Below are positions 9,308 through 20,300 of a stretch of 64,000 nucleotides of DNA, in pieces; within the stretch, counting starts at the first letter, position 1, and every line of letters begins with the position of its first letter. The notes under the pieces were generated by a model, which ran no database searches, was not told where the DNA came from, and saw only the letters and a list, made by a program, of their open reading frames with translations. The stretch lies in the IMG/VR virus record IMGVR_UViG_3300046808_001035. One strand, 5' to 3'. The DNA is from a virus. A program made the translations under genes and the position numbers.

Positions 9308-11144
9308 TTAAGAAGATCGATGGAACTTCTCTAGTCGAGGGCGTTCTCGGAAATAGCTCGCCTGGCGGTTTTACCTGTAAAGGGATGTCGGTACGTAGTG
9401 CGCCTGTAGATATACCTGACAAAGGCGAAGCATTATTGTTAATGAACATCTCATCTATGTTAGTTACATGATTAAACTTTGCTGAACCGTCTGCATGTAG
9501 TGGTTGACCATTGCGATAAGGCCCTAAAGAGACGCAAAAAAGTCTATTAATATAGTCTTTATAGTAATCTGGGTCGCTAAGGTCACCAGGTCTAGACCCA
9601 TTTAGCCCAGATGAGCCGTCAATGCTAAAGAGCTCGTCAGGAAAACCTGGAATACGTAACTTACTATTTAAGTTTGTCATTGTTTCTTCAGCTAGCTGGA
9701 GCTTGAGAAGAACAAGAGTGAATACGTGTGCAGGTAGTAGAGGTTGCAGTGTAGAGAATAAAGAAAAAAACAAGTCTAATCTCTCTCGATTGTAGAAATC
9801 TAGCTTTAGCAGCAGTGTGTTATTCTTAAAAATATTCACAAAAAGGAAATCTACTGGGTTGATTACCATTGTAGTTGTTTGCCCTTCTTTAAACTGCAGG
9901 GCTTGTAATAATTTCTGCTTACGTGCAGGCTGGTTAATGTAATCTTGAAACGCCTGGACATCTTCAGGTCTTCCTTCTACAGGAAAAACAAGCCTGTTGT
10001 TCGGTGCGGGCAGTGCACCTAAATAAGTTATAACTTCATCTGTGTTGACGAAAAAAAGTTGTTGTTCTGTATTAGCGGCAAAAACATGAGATGGAAAGCC
10101 TAGCTTGCTTGAGTATAACTCAGTCTTCCACCACAAAGGGTCGATGGCTGTGTCTACAATCTGAATGTGCTCTGTCAAAGGTTCTCCAGAAAAAATAACA
10201 CTACCTTCATTCAGGTCTCCTCTGAAATACTGATCTGCAGGAATTTTATAAACATGTTTGTCTGTGATAGCGTATTGGTACCTTTCGTCAGAATACATGT
10301 GTTCTATAACCTCACGAGACTCTATCGCTACAGGAGCATTAACCAGCATAGCAAACATCGAGTTTAGTGCTGTTATTGTAGCCCCTTCGACCTGTAAATT
10401 TATAATAGCTCCTAGCAAATTCTTGTAGCTTTCAGAAGTCGGTAAATTAATATCAAAAATAGTTCCAAAATTTTTATATACCTGAGAGTCATCTACGGAT
10501 GCCATATACATCCATAAGACAATAAACTCATCCTCAACAAGCTCTCCTTCTGATGTTTTGTATGTAGCTACTTTGCCTAGGTCTTCGACTACTTTAGCTT
10601 TAGGAATATACTCGTTGTTGAATAGATCCGTCTTAAAATATAATGTGTTTTCGTTGAGTACAACGTCAACCCCAGGAATAAGTAAAAGTGACGGAGCAAT
10701 GACCCGGTTAGCTACAAGTCCTGGGGAAGATAACTTAATTTTAGGAGTAAAACTAAATATCTGCCCTCCTAATGTTTCTTTTGGGAAGCCAAACCTAAAA
10801 AGCTGGTTGGCATAAAATAAATCTGACTCAGGTTGGTAACCAAAAACTGCACCGTTGGGAGAGTATACGAAAGGAGCTTTATTGTATTCAGACTTTTTAA
10901 TAACTAGAGGCAACCACTTTTCTTTATGAAACAAGTCGATGTCTTTAACCGAATACTGATTTACAGTTTCTATTAAGTTATAGTACGACTGAATAACCTC
11001 TTCAGCAAGGGCAGTGGTATACCCTTTCAGCTCGTTACGGTCTTGAAATATCTGCGACCAAAAAGAACCTAGAGTTCTGTACAAATGCTGACCATCTGTA
11101 ACATCCCCAGCAGGAAAATTCAAAGAAAGAATGTCGCTTAGCAT
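9297..11144 (-). CDS. Putative baseplate wedge subunit
   Basis: 615 aa directly downstream of baseplate J-like gene; SESYKNLLGAI..L..EGAT and LQPLLPAHV motifs as in wedge (P2 gpI/T4 gp7-like) proteins. Confidence 0.55.
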   Translation of the reverse strand: MLSDILSLNFPAGDVTDGQHLYRTLGSFWSQIFQDRNELKGYTTALAEEVIQSYYNLIETVNQYSVKDIDLFHKEKWLPLVIKKSEYNKAPFVYSPNGAVFGYQPESDLFYANQLFRFGFPKETLGGQIFSFTPKIKLSSPGLVANRVIAPSLLLIPGVDVVLNENTLYFKTDLFNNEYIPKAKVVEDLGKVATYKTSEGELVEDEFIVLWMYMASVDDSQVYKNFGTIFDINLPTSESYKNLLGAIINLQVEGATITALNSMFAMLVNAPVAIESREVIEHMYSDERYQYAITDKHVYKIPADQYFRGDLNEGSVIFSGEPLTEHIQIVDTAIDPLWWKTELYSSKLGFPSHVFAANTEQQLFFVNTDEVITYLGALPAPNNRLVFPVEGRPEDVQAFQDYINQPARKQKLLQALQFKEGQTTTMVINPVDFLFVNIFKNNTLLLKLDFYNRERLDLFFSLFSTLQPLLPAHVFTLVLLKLQLAEETMTNLNSKLRIPGFPDELFSIDGSSGLNGSRPGDLSDPDYYKDYINRLFCVSLGPYRNGQPLHADGSAKFNHVTNIDEMFINNNASPLSGISTGALRTDIPLQVKPPGELFPRTPSTREVPSIFLIDF

Positions 11145-11146
11145 GA

Positions 11147-12760
11147 TTAAGTGATGTTAATACCGATATTGTCTATCGGCTGTACAGCGCCGTTTTCTAC
11201 TCTGTAGTAATCTATAAAGTAGTTTGTGGTTTTAGGGCTGACGCCTTTAGGTATGTCGTAAGGCATCAATAGCGCATCATCGCTGTTTAAATATATGACA
11301 GAGCCGTCTGGTGCTAGAATTTGACCACTCATAGCGATAGGTAGGTCGACCCGTTTGATGTTATAGTTGTGACACAACTTAATAATGTTTGAAGCATACA
11401 GCTGCTCGCCAAACGGTATAGTATTCACATAGTTAAAAATATCTTTTTTTAACTGCTGTAAGTTTAGCGAAGCGTATGTATCTATAGGATTTTTCTTAAC
11501 TAGATTAATCTGCATTGTAACCAAGCAGGGTACAACCGCTTTAACCAGATAGTCTGCGCAAGCCAGCCGCTGAGAGTCTATAAGCAGCAAGTCCTGCATT
11601 TCGAGAAGATTTGGCTGCCCTAAAATATGTAGTTCAAAGTCTAGTTCAGTCACATTGGCTGGAGCTTCATACTGAAATGTGACTGTGGCTGTTTGATATT
11701 TAGAGAACCTTGCATCTCTATCAGTCAAACCTTCATTATTACGTTGTCCGTAAAAAATAGAATGCCCGAAAGTTGTGTTTTTGATTATCAGCGTTCCGCC
11801 AAAACTAATATCTGTAGTCTTTGGTATGATAGACTGAATATAGTAGAACCCTGGCGCATCCGTATTCGCGATAAACACCTGCCATATGTTTTGAGCTGCG
11901 TCAACCAACGTACCTTTTTTTGTTACGGCCAACGTTTGAAGCCCTAGGCTGCTACGGACATATACATCAGCCTTACCAAATGTAGCTATACCGAAAATGT
12001 TTTGCTTATCTCTCTGCATCTCATCGTCGTTGGCTCCACAAACAGAAAGCTCTTGGAAGCCCACAAAAGTGTCTTTAAACTTATTACGTATTCCGAATTC
12101 AGACTCGAGTTTACTATTACCTATATTACTCTTCAGCTTAGCGATAAGTTGCTTATCTGTTTCTGGGGCTCGGCCTCCAGAGAAGTTGCCGTAAGCTTCT
12201 GCGCGTACAAAGTCTCTCAAGTAATATTTTTCAGGTATAGAAAACACCGTACCTGAAGGTATTTGGTAGTCTGGTCCAGAGTTCTCGGCCTCTACATCTA
12301 GAATAAAATAATATAGCCCTTGATCGCTGTACACCTGAATCTCTTCGAGAACTGCCGATGGGTTAGGGCTAGCGTAAGTATCTTTAGATACGAGAAAGTT
12401 TAAGTTTAAAGCCGACTGAACAAACGTGAACCCTTGGTTTAAATTATACTCAGACGCTGAAGAGACAGTAACACGTATTCTCCCAGTAACCTTCGAGCCT
12501 CGACTTCTGTATGTGTTGTAATTAGACGCCACCTTATCTATGGCTTCTGAATATGTGTCTTCGGTAGAATTTAATGCGGTAGCTATAGCGTTTGACTGAC
12601 TTAACTCTGTAATACGATTGTACTGCTCATTTTGTATGGTGGCGGCCAGCTTGATAAGTAACTCACTAATGACTGAACCTGGCCCTGTCTCAATATCTGT
12701 AAAATTTTGAGCTATAAACGCGGTTATTCTATCTACAGTATTCTCGAATGATTCTGCCAT
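11147..12760 (-). CDS. Baseplate J-like wedge protein (T4 gp6/P2 gpJ family)
   Basis: GPGSVISELLI, IDKVASNYNTYR..GSKVTG, VEAENSGPDYQI, FSGGRAPETDKQLIAKL, GKADVYV motifs. Confidence 0.8.
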   Translation of the reverse strand: MAESFENTVDRITAFIAQNFTDIETGPGSVISELLIKLAATIQNEQYNRITELSQSNAIATALNSTEDTYSEAIDKVASNYNTYRSRGSKVTGRIRVTVSSASEYNLNQGFTFVQSALNLNFLVSKDTYASPNPSAVLEEIQVYSDQGLYYFILDVEAENSGPDYQIPSGTVFSIPEKYYLRDFVRAEAYGNFSGGRAPETDKQLIAKLKSNIGNSKLESEFGIRNKFKDTFVGFQELSVCGANDDEMQRDKQNIFGIATFGKADVYVRSSLGLQTLAVTKKGTLVDAAQNIWQVFIANTDAPGFYYIQSIIPKTTDISFGGTLIIKNTTFGHSIFYGQRNNEGLTDRDARFSKYQTATVTFQYEAPANVTELDFELHILGQPNLLEMQDLLLIDSQRLACADYLVKAVVPCLVTMQINLVKKNPIDTYASLNLQQLKKDIFNYVNTIPFGEQLYASNIIKLCHNYNIKRVDLPIAMSGQILAPDGSVIYLNSDDALLMPYDIPKGVSPKTTNYFIDYYRVENGAVQPIDNIGINIT

Positions 12761-12763
12761 ATA

Positions 12764-13243
12764 TTATTTCGGTAAAGGTACTAAAAATTTAACCTCTTCG
12801 CCAGCTTCGGTATATATCGTAACATCAAAAGCAGCATACGAGCCATATAGGCTGACTCCTGCTAATTCTGCTCTAACTATACGCTCGTCAGGAGGTATTT
12901 CAGGTCTGGATGTTTGATATTCTCGCAAAAGCAATACTGCGTCGTAACTTGCGCTAGAAAATATTTGCATAGCCGCCAGTTTATCTACAGGAGATATTCC
13001 AGCCTTTATAGTAGACATAAAGTCTGTACCAAAATTAGGATAATTTGGCTGCGATCCCAGATCTGAAAGAAGCAATATGGCGTAACGCTGCAGAAGCTTC
13101 TGTACACCTGCACAAAATTTAGCCTGTCTGCCAAAAGAGGCAGATACATCTTGAGCTCCTACACGCATGGCGTCAGGGTTCTGAAAGATACTTATATCCT
13201 TCTTTCTTCCTGTATAGTCCGTAGATGTTCCTGATATAGGCAT
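12764..13243 (-). CDS. Baseplate wedge/sheath initiator, gp25-like
   Basis: 159 aa; GVQKLLQRYAILLLSDLGSQPNYPNFGT motif, PPDERI; immediately upstream of baseplate J-like gene. Confidence 0.75.
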   Translation of the reverse strand: MPISGTSTDYTGRKKDISIFQNPDAMRVGAQDVSASFGRQAKFCAGVQKLLQRYAILLLSDLGSQPNYPNFGTDFMSTIKAGISPVDKLAAMQIFSSASYDAVLLLREYQTSRPEIPPDERIVRAELAGVSLYGSYAAFDVTIYTEAGEEVKFLVPLPK

Positions 13244-13246
13244 AGG

Positions 13247-13657
13247 CTAGTCTAGATTTTTTTTGAATAGCTCAAACAGTCCGTGAGCCTGTCCTGCGGT
13301 AGCCATAACACGTGCCCCTTTTTGGGAAAGGTCATCTCTATAGAAATGAATTCTGCCTTTATATCTTTGTACGAAAGATTTTTTGAAGCTGTATAGCATA
13401 CTGACTTCGGCCTTTACTGCACTCAAGCCTTTTCTGGACTTAGGGTCTTCGTCTTTATATCTGGTACGATACTCTTTATTGAGGTCTTCGGAGTCGGTGA
13501 TCTTTCTAAGATCCGCAAGAATTAGTTTTTTACTATAATCTATAGCTTTTAAAAACCATGTGCGTCCTCTGAAATCGTTTGCGAGACGAGCTTCAGGGAT
13601 CGAGGACTCAAACAGATCCGCGATATCGAATAACACATCTGATATTTTTTTATACAT
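13247..13657 (-). CDS. Hypothetical protein
   Basis: 136-aa ORF tightly packed in the operon (1-nt overlap with sigma gene). Confidence 0.6.
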   Translation of the reverse strand: MYKKISDVLFDIADLFESSIPEARLANDFRGRTWFLKAIDYSKKLILADLRKITDSEDLNKEYRTRYKDEDPKSRKGLSAVKAEVSMLYSFKKSFVQRYKGRIHFYRDDLSQKGARVMATAGQAHGLFELFKKNLD

Positions 13658-14289
13658 TACTTCCAGCCTTTCGACAAAGTTGAGTTTATTAATTTTAACC
13701 TATTACTGAGGGTGCTCACAGACAAATTTAACTTTTTTGCTAGCTGTGTATTATCTAGAATTGGTTTACCTCCAAACCCTGTTTTATGTTCGAAGATCAA
13801 CTTGTCTTTATCTGACAGATCATGATAAACAAACTGAACCCACTCGTCATTCTGGCTTGAAAATAGAGTAGGGGAGTCGAACAGCGAAGAAATACCTGTA
13901 CTAGTCTTCTTGCTCTTCAGCGTGTTAGTGACTGCTTTCACAGACATTCCTGAGTGATGTGATAGCTCTTCTGTTGTTGGAGTGCGCCCGAGCTGATGTT
14001 CTAGGTCTTTTTCTAGCTTGTTAAGTTTATTTAAATCAAACTGGGTGTTTTCTGGTGTTCGCAACACAGTCCCATATTTTGTAGATAACCTTGAAAGCTT
14101 TTTAAGACTGTTTACTAGGTGTGTACTAAATTTAATGCCAGAAGCTGCGTTATACGTTTTAGCTGCTTCTCTAGCCAGCTTGTAAGCCTCTAGTTGTACG
14201 GTGATCAGCGGCAGATTACTAGCATATCTGGATGCTTCAAGGTCGATAAGTTTCTTATTATCCTTGATTAGTTTTTCTATGTTATTCAT
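13657..14289 (-). CDS. RNA polymerase sigma70-family factor (regions 2, 3 and 4; FliA/SigB-like size)
   Basis: LAREAAKTYNAASGIKFSTHL (region 2), LGRTPTTEELSHHSGMS (region 3), LSDKDKLIF...TQLAKKLNLSVSTLSNRL (region 4 HTH). Confidence 0.85.
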   Translation of the reverse strand: MNNIEKLIKDNKKLIDLEASRYASNLPLITVQLEAYKLAREAAKTYNAASGIKFSTHLVNSLKKLSRLSTKYGTVLRTPENTQFDLNKLNKLEKDLEHQLGRTPTTEELSHHSGMSVKAVTNTLKSKKTSTGISSLFDSPTLFSSQNDEWVQFVYHDLSDKDKLIFEHKTGFGGKPILDNTQLAKKLNLSVSTLSNRLKLINSTLSKGWK

Positions 14290-14297
14290 CGCTTGTA

Positions 14298-15938
14298 TTA
14301 TGAGAAAGATTTTGCGTAACCCTCACGAATTCCTTTTTCTACGCCTGCGTCATACCCCAAGAAGTCGTCGGAAGATGAGCCTACCGGATCTTTACCGAAC
14401 CTACCACAGCAAAAATTAATGATAGTTATAGCCGAACCTACATTAGGAGGACCTGTTTCAATTCTATGCACTACAGACGTAACATAAAAGTGCAGATACA
14501 TACCAGATTCACGCACAAACAAAACTCCTCCAGTTCCTGGAGCCCATGCAGGGTTAAAGTCTAGGGTTATGGCACCTTGTCTATCTGTAAATCTCGCCTG
14601 GTAATATTTTGTTTCTGCAAAGTTTTTCATGTACTTTCCTGCAGAACTCTCTACTTCTTTTGTTTTTTTACTCTCTCGTTCTGCATGGCTCTTGTTTGTG
14701 GTCTTTGCTGCATCAGCAAACGATATTTGTTTTTCGTAAGGAGAGCTCTCTCCGTCTTGATTAATTTTTCCTTTTTTAGCATCTGTAGCTTTCGGAGCTG
14801 TAGCAGAGACATCCATCCACGGATGCGCTCGAGTAACATACACCCCAGAGCCTTTGGCTTCGCCCGCAGGTGCCGCAAAGCAACCAATCACAGCTCTATC
14901 GTGTCCTTTTGGTCCGAGATGAGGCCCCCCTGTGTATTGTGGAGTCAATAAAATCACGCTGTTGACGTCGCGAAAGCCTACGTCATTAAAAGAATAGCTG
15001 CTATAGTCTGCGGGGCCTGCGCAGTTAACAGTAGTACTTAATTGTCCTACCCCAGGAGTATATTTATCTTGTTTTATAACCGAGTTAATTGGGACGATGT
15101 AGCTTTTGCTGCCTCCAAAAATAATAGAGCAACCTACTGAGGATAAGAAGTTTAATAAATTTTCTAAAAGAATAGAGGGTCCTCCTGCAAAGATATCCTT
15201 TACCCTTAACCCCACCGTACCCATCTTAAGACTATCAATCATGCCTGAGCAGCCTTCAAAACTCAAGTTACCTAAAACCTCAGAAGCTGAATTTAAGCTT
15301 TTCTGATACTGCGAAGAAGAAAAAATCTCTTTGTACGCAGGCTCACCACTAACCATAGGGTCTTTGCCTGTGTAATTCTCCCAGCCTCCTTGCTGCTCTT
15401 TTATGATGAGTTTAAGAAGTTCAACGTAGAACTTTATAGGAGGTAGCTCTAGTATCCCAGGATTTTTCCCAGTTAAAGCGCACCACTGCTTAACAGACTC
15501 TGACTCATCTCCTTGGGCAGACGTAGTGATAGAATGATTGGAAATCCTATAAATATTTGTACTTGCGGGAAACAATCCAGGCATCAGCGTGGTGAGCTCT
15601 AAAAGACACTGAGCTTTGTGTTTAATTACTGCCTGGTAAGAGTTATTTCCTACAATATTACTTATAGAGTAGCCGTCTAGAATACCTTTAAAGGTAAATG
15701 ACCTGTTAGCTGACCCTCCGGAGCCTTTTCTGACTTTCACATTAACACTAACAGACTCTTCGCCAGTTCTCCTGCGTGAATCAATATCTGGAAAACTTCC
15801 ACCTCCCACAACTTTAGCTCCGCCGCCAGATGGGCGTAGGTCTACAGCTGCTGAGGGTATTGACCCTACAGCCAGTGTTATAGTTACACCAATAGCCTCA
15901 CCAAGACTAGAAGTTATTGTGACGTCTGTTGTAGCCAT
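14298..15938 (-). CDS. Putative baseplate hub protein (gp27/gpD-like)
   Basis: 546 aa; FKGILDG near the N-terminus and GAITLDFNPAWAPG...FYVTSVVHRI at the C-terminus; position between tape measure and wedge genes. Confidence 0.55.
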   Translation of the reverse strand: MATTDVTITSSLGEAIGVTITLAVGSIPSAAVDLRPSGGGAKVVGGGSFPDIDSRRRTGEESVSVNVKVRKGSGGSANRSFTFKGILDGYSISNIVGNNSYQAVIKHKAQCLLELTTLMPGLFPASTNIYRISNHSITTSAQGDESESVKQWCALTGKNPGILELPPIKFYVELLKLIIKEQQGGWENYTGKDPMVSGEPAYKEIFSSSQYQKSLNSASEVLGNLSFEGCSGMIDSLKMGTVGLRVKDIFAGGPSILLENLLNFLSSVGCSIIFGGSKSYIVPINSVIKQDKYTPGVGQLSTTVNCAGPADYSSYSFNDVGFRDVNSVILLTPQYTGGPHLGPKGHDRAVIGCFAAPAGEAKGSGVYVTRAHPWMDVSATAPKATDAKKGKINQDGESSPYEKQISFADAAKTTNKSHAERESKKTKEVESSAGKYMKNFAETKYYQARFTDRQGAITLDFNPAWAPGTGGVLFVRESGMYLHFYVTSVVHRIETGPPNVGSAITIINFCCGRFGKDPVGSSSDDFLGYDAGVEKGIREGYAKSFS

Positions 15939-16891
15939 AATAAGTTAATTCTGTTCACGTAAGCTAGCAGCAGCCCTACAAATCGGTAGGCTGTGTTATA
16001 ATGCATTTTCCAGATGTTCTCATATGTGGCGTCCGCAGCATTATGTCTATAATTTAGCATAGCTTCTACAGCGTTAGGAAGGCTTTCAATCGTATTCATA
16101 AGCTTCGCAAAATTAAAAATAGGTGCTGTCTCTGAGGTGAAAGCCCAAAACCTTTCAGACTGTGTTGAGAAGCCTAAAGAACTGTCGTTGAATGGTCCAG
16201 ATATAAAGAACGATAGTCCTGTAGCACCTACGCGTATTATTCTAGAGGTGTCAGGCGTAGTGCTTAGAGTTAAATTGACTTCCATGTTTGCAGGTGTAGG
16301 TGAAGCTATAGCATCTTCATTATAGTATGCTCCTTCTGTAGTAGAAAATACAAGCAGCTGTGAAGAGTTACCTACTTGTTTAACAACAAAGTTATTTAAA
16401 TGATACAGCATGTTTTCAGATGCTATGAATTTACCTAGTAGGTTTAGATTGAAATTAGAGTCGCTGCTCACTGCTTTGGAATTTCTTTGCAACCTAAAAT
16501 AGTTCTGCATATCTGCCAGGTTATAAGTAATTCTTGAGTCGTACCTATATATCTCGTCAGCAAATGAAGTAGCGGAAATGATATTTAGGTAGCTATACAG
16601 CAAAAAAACTTTGTAATAGAGCGAAGAGTTTGACGGGAACAAAATTTCCCCGAAGTTAGCAAGTTCTCTAGGCAACACTAGAGGAACATGATCTTTCCAG
16701 ATTAAAGGATTGTCTACTCGTTCATACCTTAAAGACATATAGTACTCATCCAAAGAAATCAATAATTCTCCGTCGATAGAAATTTGGAGATCTGGATCTT
16801 CGGCTGCGTCACCCAAGACAGAGGGAACCTGCATCAGTCTTTGGGCGGTCAGACTGAAATTTCCAAGCAAAGAGGCAAAATGGTTGACCAT
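15914..16891 (-). CDS. Hypothetical tail/baseplate protein
   Basis: 325-aa ORF in the tail operon. Confidence 0.5.
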   Translation of the reverse strand: MVNHFASLLGNFSLTAQRLMQVPSVLGDAAEDPDLQISIDGELLISLDEYYMSLRYERVDNPLIWKDHVPLVLPRELANFGEILFPSNSSLYYKVFLLYSYLNIISATSFADEIYRYDSRITYNLADMQNYFRLQRNSKAVSSDSNFNLNLLGKFIASENMLYHLNNFVVKQVGNSSQLLVFSTTEGAYYNEDAIASPTPANMEVNLTLSTTPDTSRIIRVGATGLSFFISGPFNDSSLGFSTQSERFWAFTSETAPIFNFAKLMNTIESLPNAVEAMLNYRHNAADATYENIWKMHYNTAYRFVGLLLAYVNRINLLWLQQTSQ

Positions 16892-16894
16892 AAA

Positions 16895-17332
16895 TTAACT
16901 GTGGTTGACTATAGCGAAGTTAAATGCAAACTGCCCAAAAGTGTCTTGGTCGGCAAGAGCGCTTATCGTCGCACTAGTCAGAATACCTGTAACTGTGTAA
17001 GCTCCTAGGGTAAGTTTTACGGCTTTCCCTCTGAGGGTGCCTATAGCTGATGTTGCTCTGCTTAAACCTGGCAAATTGCCTGAGCAGTCGCAGTATAATA
17101 TTCCTTCAGCTGTTACATTCCCTACGGCTTTGCCGAAGTGAATAAACTTGATCACATCGTCAAACGCTAGAAAATATTGAAGAGTTTCATTGACCTGGAA
17201 TGTAACCTGACTGTAAACAGCCAAACCTCCACTACCCACAATACTGTCAACAGCAGGGATTTTAACGATCTGTGCTCCTCCTCCTTGCCGGAAAATCTCT
17301 GATCCGTTCGAATTAAAATAGAAAGCTGGCAT
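16895..17332 (-). CDS. Putative tube-initiator/baseplate protein
   Basis: 145 aa, beta-rich, directly after tape measure; Q(Y)FLAFDDVIKFIHFG...VTAEG pattern. Confidence 0.45.
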   Translation of the reverse strand: MPAFYFNSNGSEIFRQGGGAQIVKIPAVDSIVGSGGLAVYSQVTFQVNETLQYFLAFDDVIKFIHFGKAVGNVTAEGILYCDCSGNLPGLSRATSAIGTLRGKAVKLTLGAYTVTGILTSATISALADQDTFGQFAFNFAIVNHS

Positions 17333-17339
17333 ACTTAGA

Positions 17340-20300
17340 TTATTTTAGGGTGCTGAGTGCTGTGGCTAGCCCGCTCAAAGCGTCACCTATACCGCCACCA
17401 CCTTTGATTATATCTTTGAGATTATTTAATGCGTCAGTGAGTTCTTTGTTGGGGCCTCCTTCACTTTTTGCTTTATTCTTATCTATATCTTGAGCCGCCT
17501 GAGCTATGTTTCCTTCAGCTTCTACAAGCGCGCTCTCTAGTTTTGAGCCTTGCTTTAATTTTCTACGCTCTCCGGTTTTTTCGTCTCTGAAAAAGTTATT
17601 TACTCCTTTTGTAGGATTCTGATGGTCCTCATACATCTTTTCAATGGCTGCGGATCCTGTGAGCCCTTGCTTTTCGTAAAACGCAAGAGCGTCCTTAATC
17701 TCAGCATCGCTTCCGGCTTTCTCCTGAAGGTCTGAACCTAGATTACCAAGTACTCGATTTTTTTCCTCACTCTTAACTCTTTCGATGTTTTTATCTGTCT
17801 GCGCTTGTACTGTAGCTGCAGCTACACCTTCAAGTTTGCCTGACTTTGCCAATTTTAGTGCGGCATCACTATCTAAGTGTCCTGCTTTTTTTGCTGTGCG
17901 TAAAGCAGCGAGAGACTTTTTGCCTACGTCATCCAGATTCTTTTCATTCGCCTCAAGATCTTTTAATTTAGCTTTAGCTTCTTTTGCGCTAGATGTACCT
18001 TGTACATGGCGTAGATAGTTGGCCTCGTGCTCGTACTCCTCCATAGAAATATTTCCAGACAAATAAGACGCATCCTCGCCAAGAGCCTCAGCTTCAGCTT
18101 TGCGGCCTTCGATAAACTTATTCATCTCTTTGTCTATACCTCTCTTTTTAAGCTCAGACTGACTGCCTTGAGCTTTGGCTGAAATATCTATTATGGCTGA
18201 GCCAGCATCTCTAGCTTTTTGTACAGCTGCTTTTGTTTCTTCTTTTTTATAGTCTCTTGTAGCAAAGATGCCTCCCATCAGTTGTGCGCTTTCAGCAAAG
18301 TCTTTACCTTCCATGATTGCTCCAATCATCTGCTGAGATATAGGCGAATAATTAGCTGCATATACACGACTAATACGAGCGTCTGCCTTGGCCCGCTCAT
18401 CTCTCTTTTGCTGAACTCTTGCGCGCTCCTCAGGGTCTCTTGCGGCATCTGCTCCCCTGCGAGCTACTCCAGCACCATAAGTAGCAATCAGAGCTTGACC
18501 GCCGCCTTCTACTATATCGTCAAAGTTAGCCTGGCCAACCATAGTATTAAGTATCTCTTCAGAAGTTTTGCCTTTATCTCCTTTTTTACGCTCTTCAGCC
18601 ACTTTAGCGTAGTAATCTTCTTTAAACAAATTCCGGGTCGCTGCTATCTTCCAGAATTCGTCTGAAATCATCTCGTCAGCAGCCCCTTCCACTGTAAGCG
18701 CAGTGGATTCGTTGGCTCTGCCAGCCTTGACAAGTATTTCGTTTTGTCCTGATCTAACCAGCTGGTCTCGATTTACTCTACCTTGCGTAGCCTTTATAAT
18801 TTTATCGAAGCCTTCTCCAGTGTTAAAAGAATCTATGGTTAGCTCCTTATTCGCAATCATTTCTCGAACTTTATCAGCTGGGTCATATTCCACACCATTT
18901 TCATCAGTCATGGTACCCAGACCTTCAACAAGTCCCATTATACCAAAAAGCTGCCGACCTAATCCAGAGCTCATGAAAGCTTGCGTGCGGCTGACTTCGT
19001 CTGCAGCTATCGCTTGGTTTCCTCCTGATTGGCGATACTCTTTGGCTGTCATACCTGTACCAAAATCTGCAGCTTTGGTAACAGCGTTCATAGCCATGGT
19101 GGTTGTAGCTTTGCTGCTAATACCTGCAAGGCGCGGATTGCTTGCTGCGAGCTCTTTTGTCGCGTCAATAATTGAGAGCATGGTGTTTATACTAACTCCA
19201 GCTACATGAGCTGTAGCCTTCACATCACGCAATAGTTTTTCTGCAGCTTCGTTTCCTTTTGCTGTTGAAAGGTCCACAGAGCTGCCGGTCATCTCACTGA
19301 TTTTGCTTATAAGCTCTGCACCTGACTTGTCTCCGAAAAGGGACCTCGCGGCGTCCATAGTGCCTCCAGCATTTTTTGAAAAATCTGCCATTTTACCAGC
19401 GATGCTAACCCCTCGACTGTCTCCGAGCATGCGAAGATTTGCGGACTGCACATAAGCAGATGTGAAATCCTCTAGCTTAAACCCCATAGAATTTTCAAAC
19501 TTATACCCTGTATAGCGCTTTTCTGCCTTTTGGGCGGCCTTGGCTTCTTCATAACCTTTTTCGACATCATCAAGCTCAGTATGCTTACGCAAAGCCTCTT
19601 TAGCTTTACCTGCACCTTTAGAGCTGATCCCGTCAGCAGAAGTCATTCCTCGATCCTCGTCAAATATTTCCTTAGCTTTATCCTCAGAAAGGTTTAGCTC
19701 TTTTTCCATCCGCTTTCTAAGAGCTTTAATCTTATCGTTTTTAGTCTTGTCCTTATCGTCTAGGTTCCGTACGTCATCTATTTCAGTGCTTAACTCAGAG
19801 GCTATCGTGCGTCTCCGATTTATTCTATTCTCTAGTTCCTGGTCTTTATTACTGCGCTGCCCGAGTGTGCCTTTCTCAAACTTCTTGAGCATGTCTTCGG
19901 CTTTAGCCGCCACAATAATTCCGCCAACTTTTGTTTTCTCTATATGGCTAGAAGCTATACCTGTTTCTTTTAGCTTTGCCTCTAGCTTTGCATTGGCTTG
20001 GTCTCTTTCTACAAGCCCTGAAGCTTGCGCCAGGTCTTTTAATTCAGGCTGTAACGAGGATACGATACCTTTTCTAGCTTCTCGGGCTTCAGGAGTTTTA
20101 ACATCACCTCCGGTGACTTCATACTTATCTAGGTATTCTCTGATCTTGTTGGCGTATGTAGCTTTATCTCCACTATTTCTTGCGCTCTTGATCTGGTCTG
20201 CAGTAGCTACTCCGTGAGCTTTTAGTTGCTCTTCTACTCGCTTATCTAGGGCGTCAGAAGTTTCCTTGTCTGAAGACTCGAGCAATGAAGATAGACTGCT

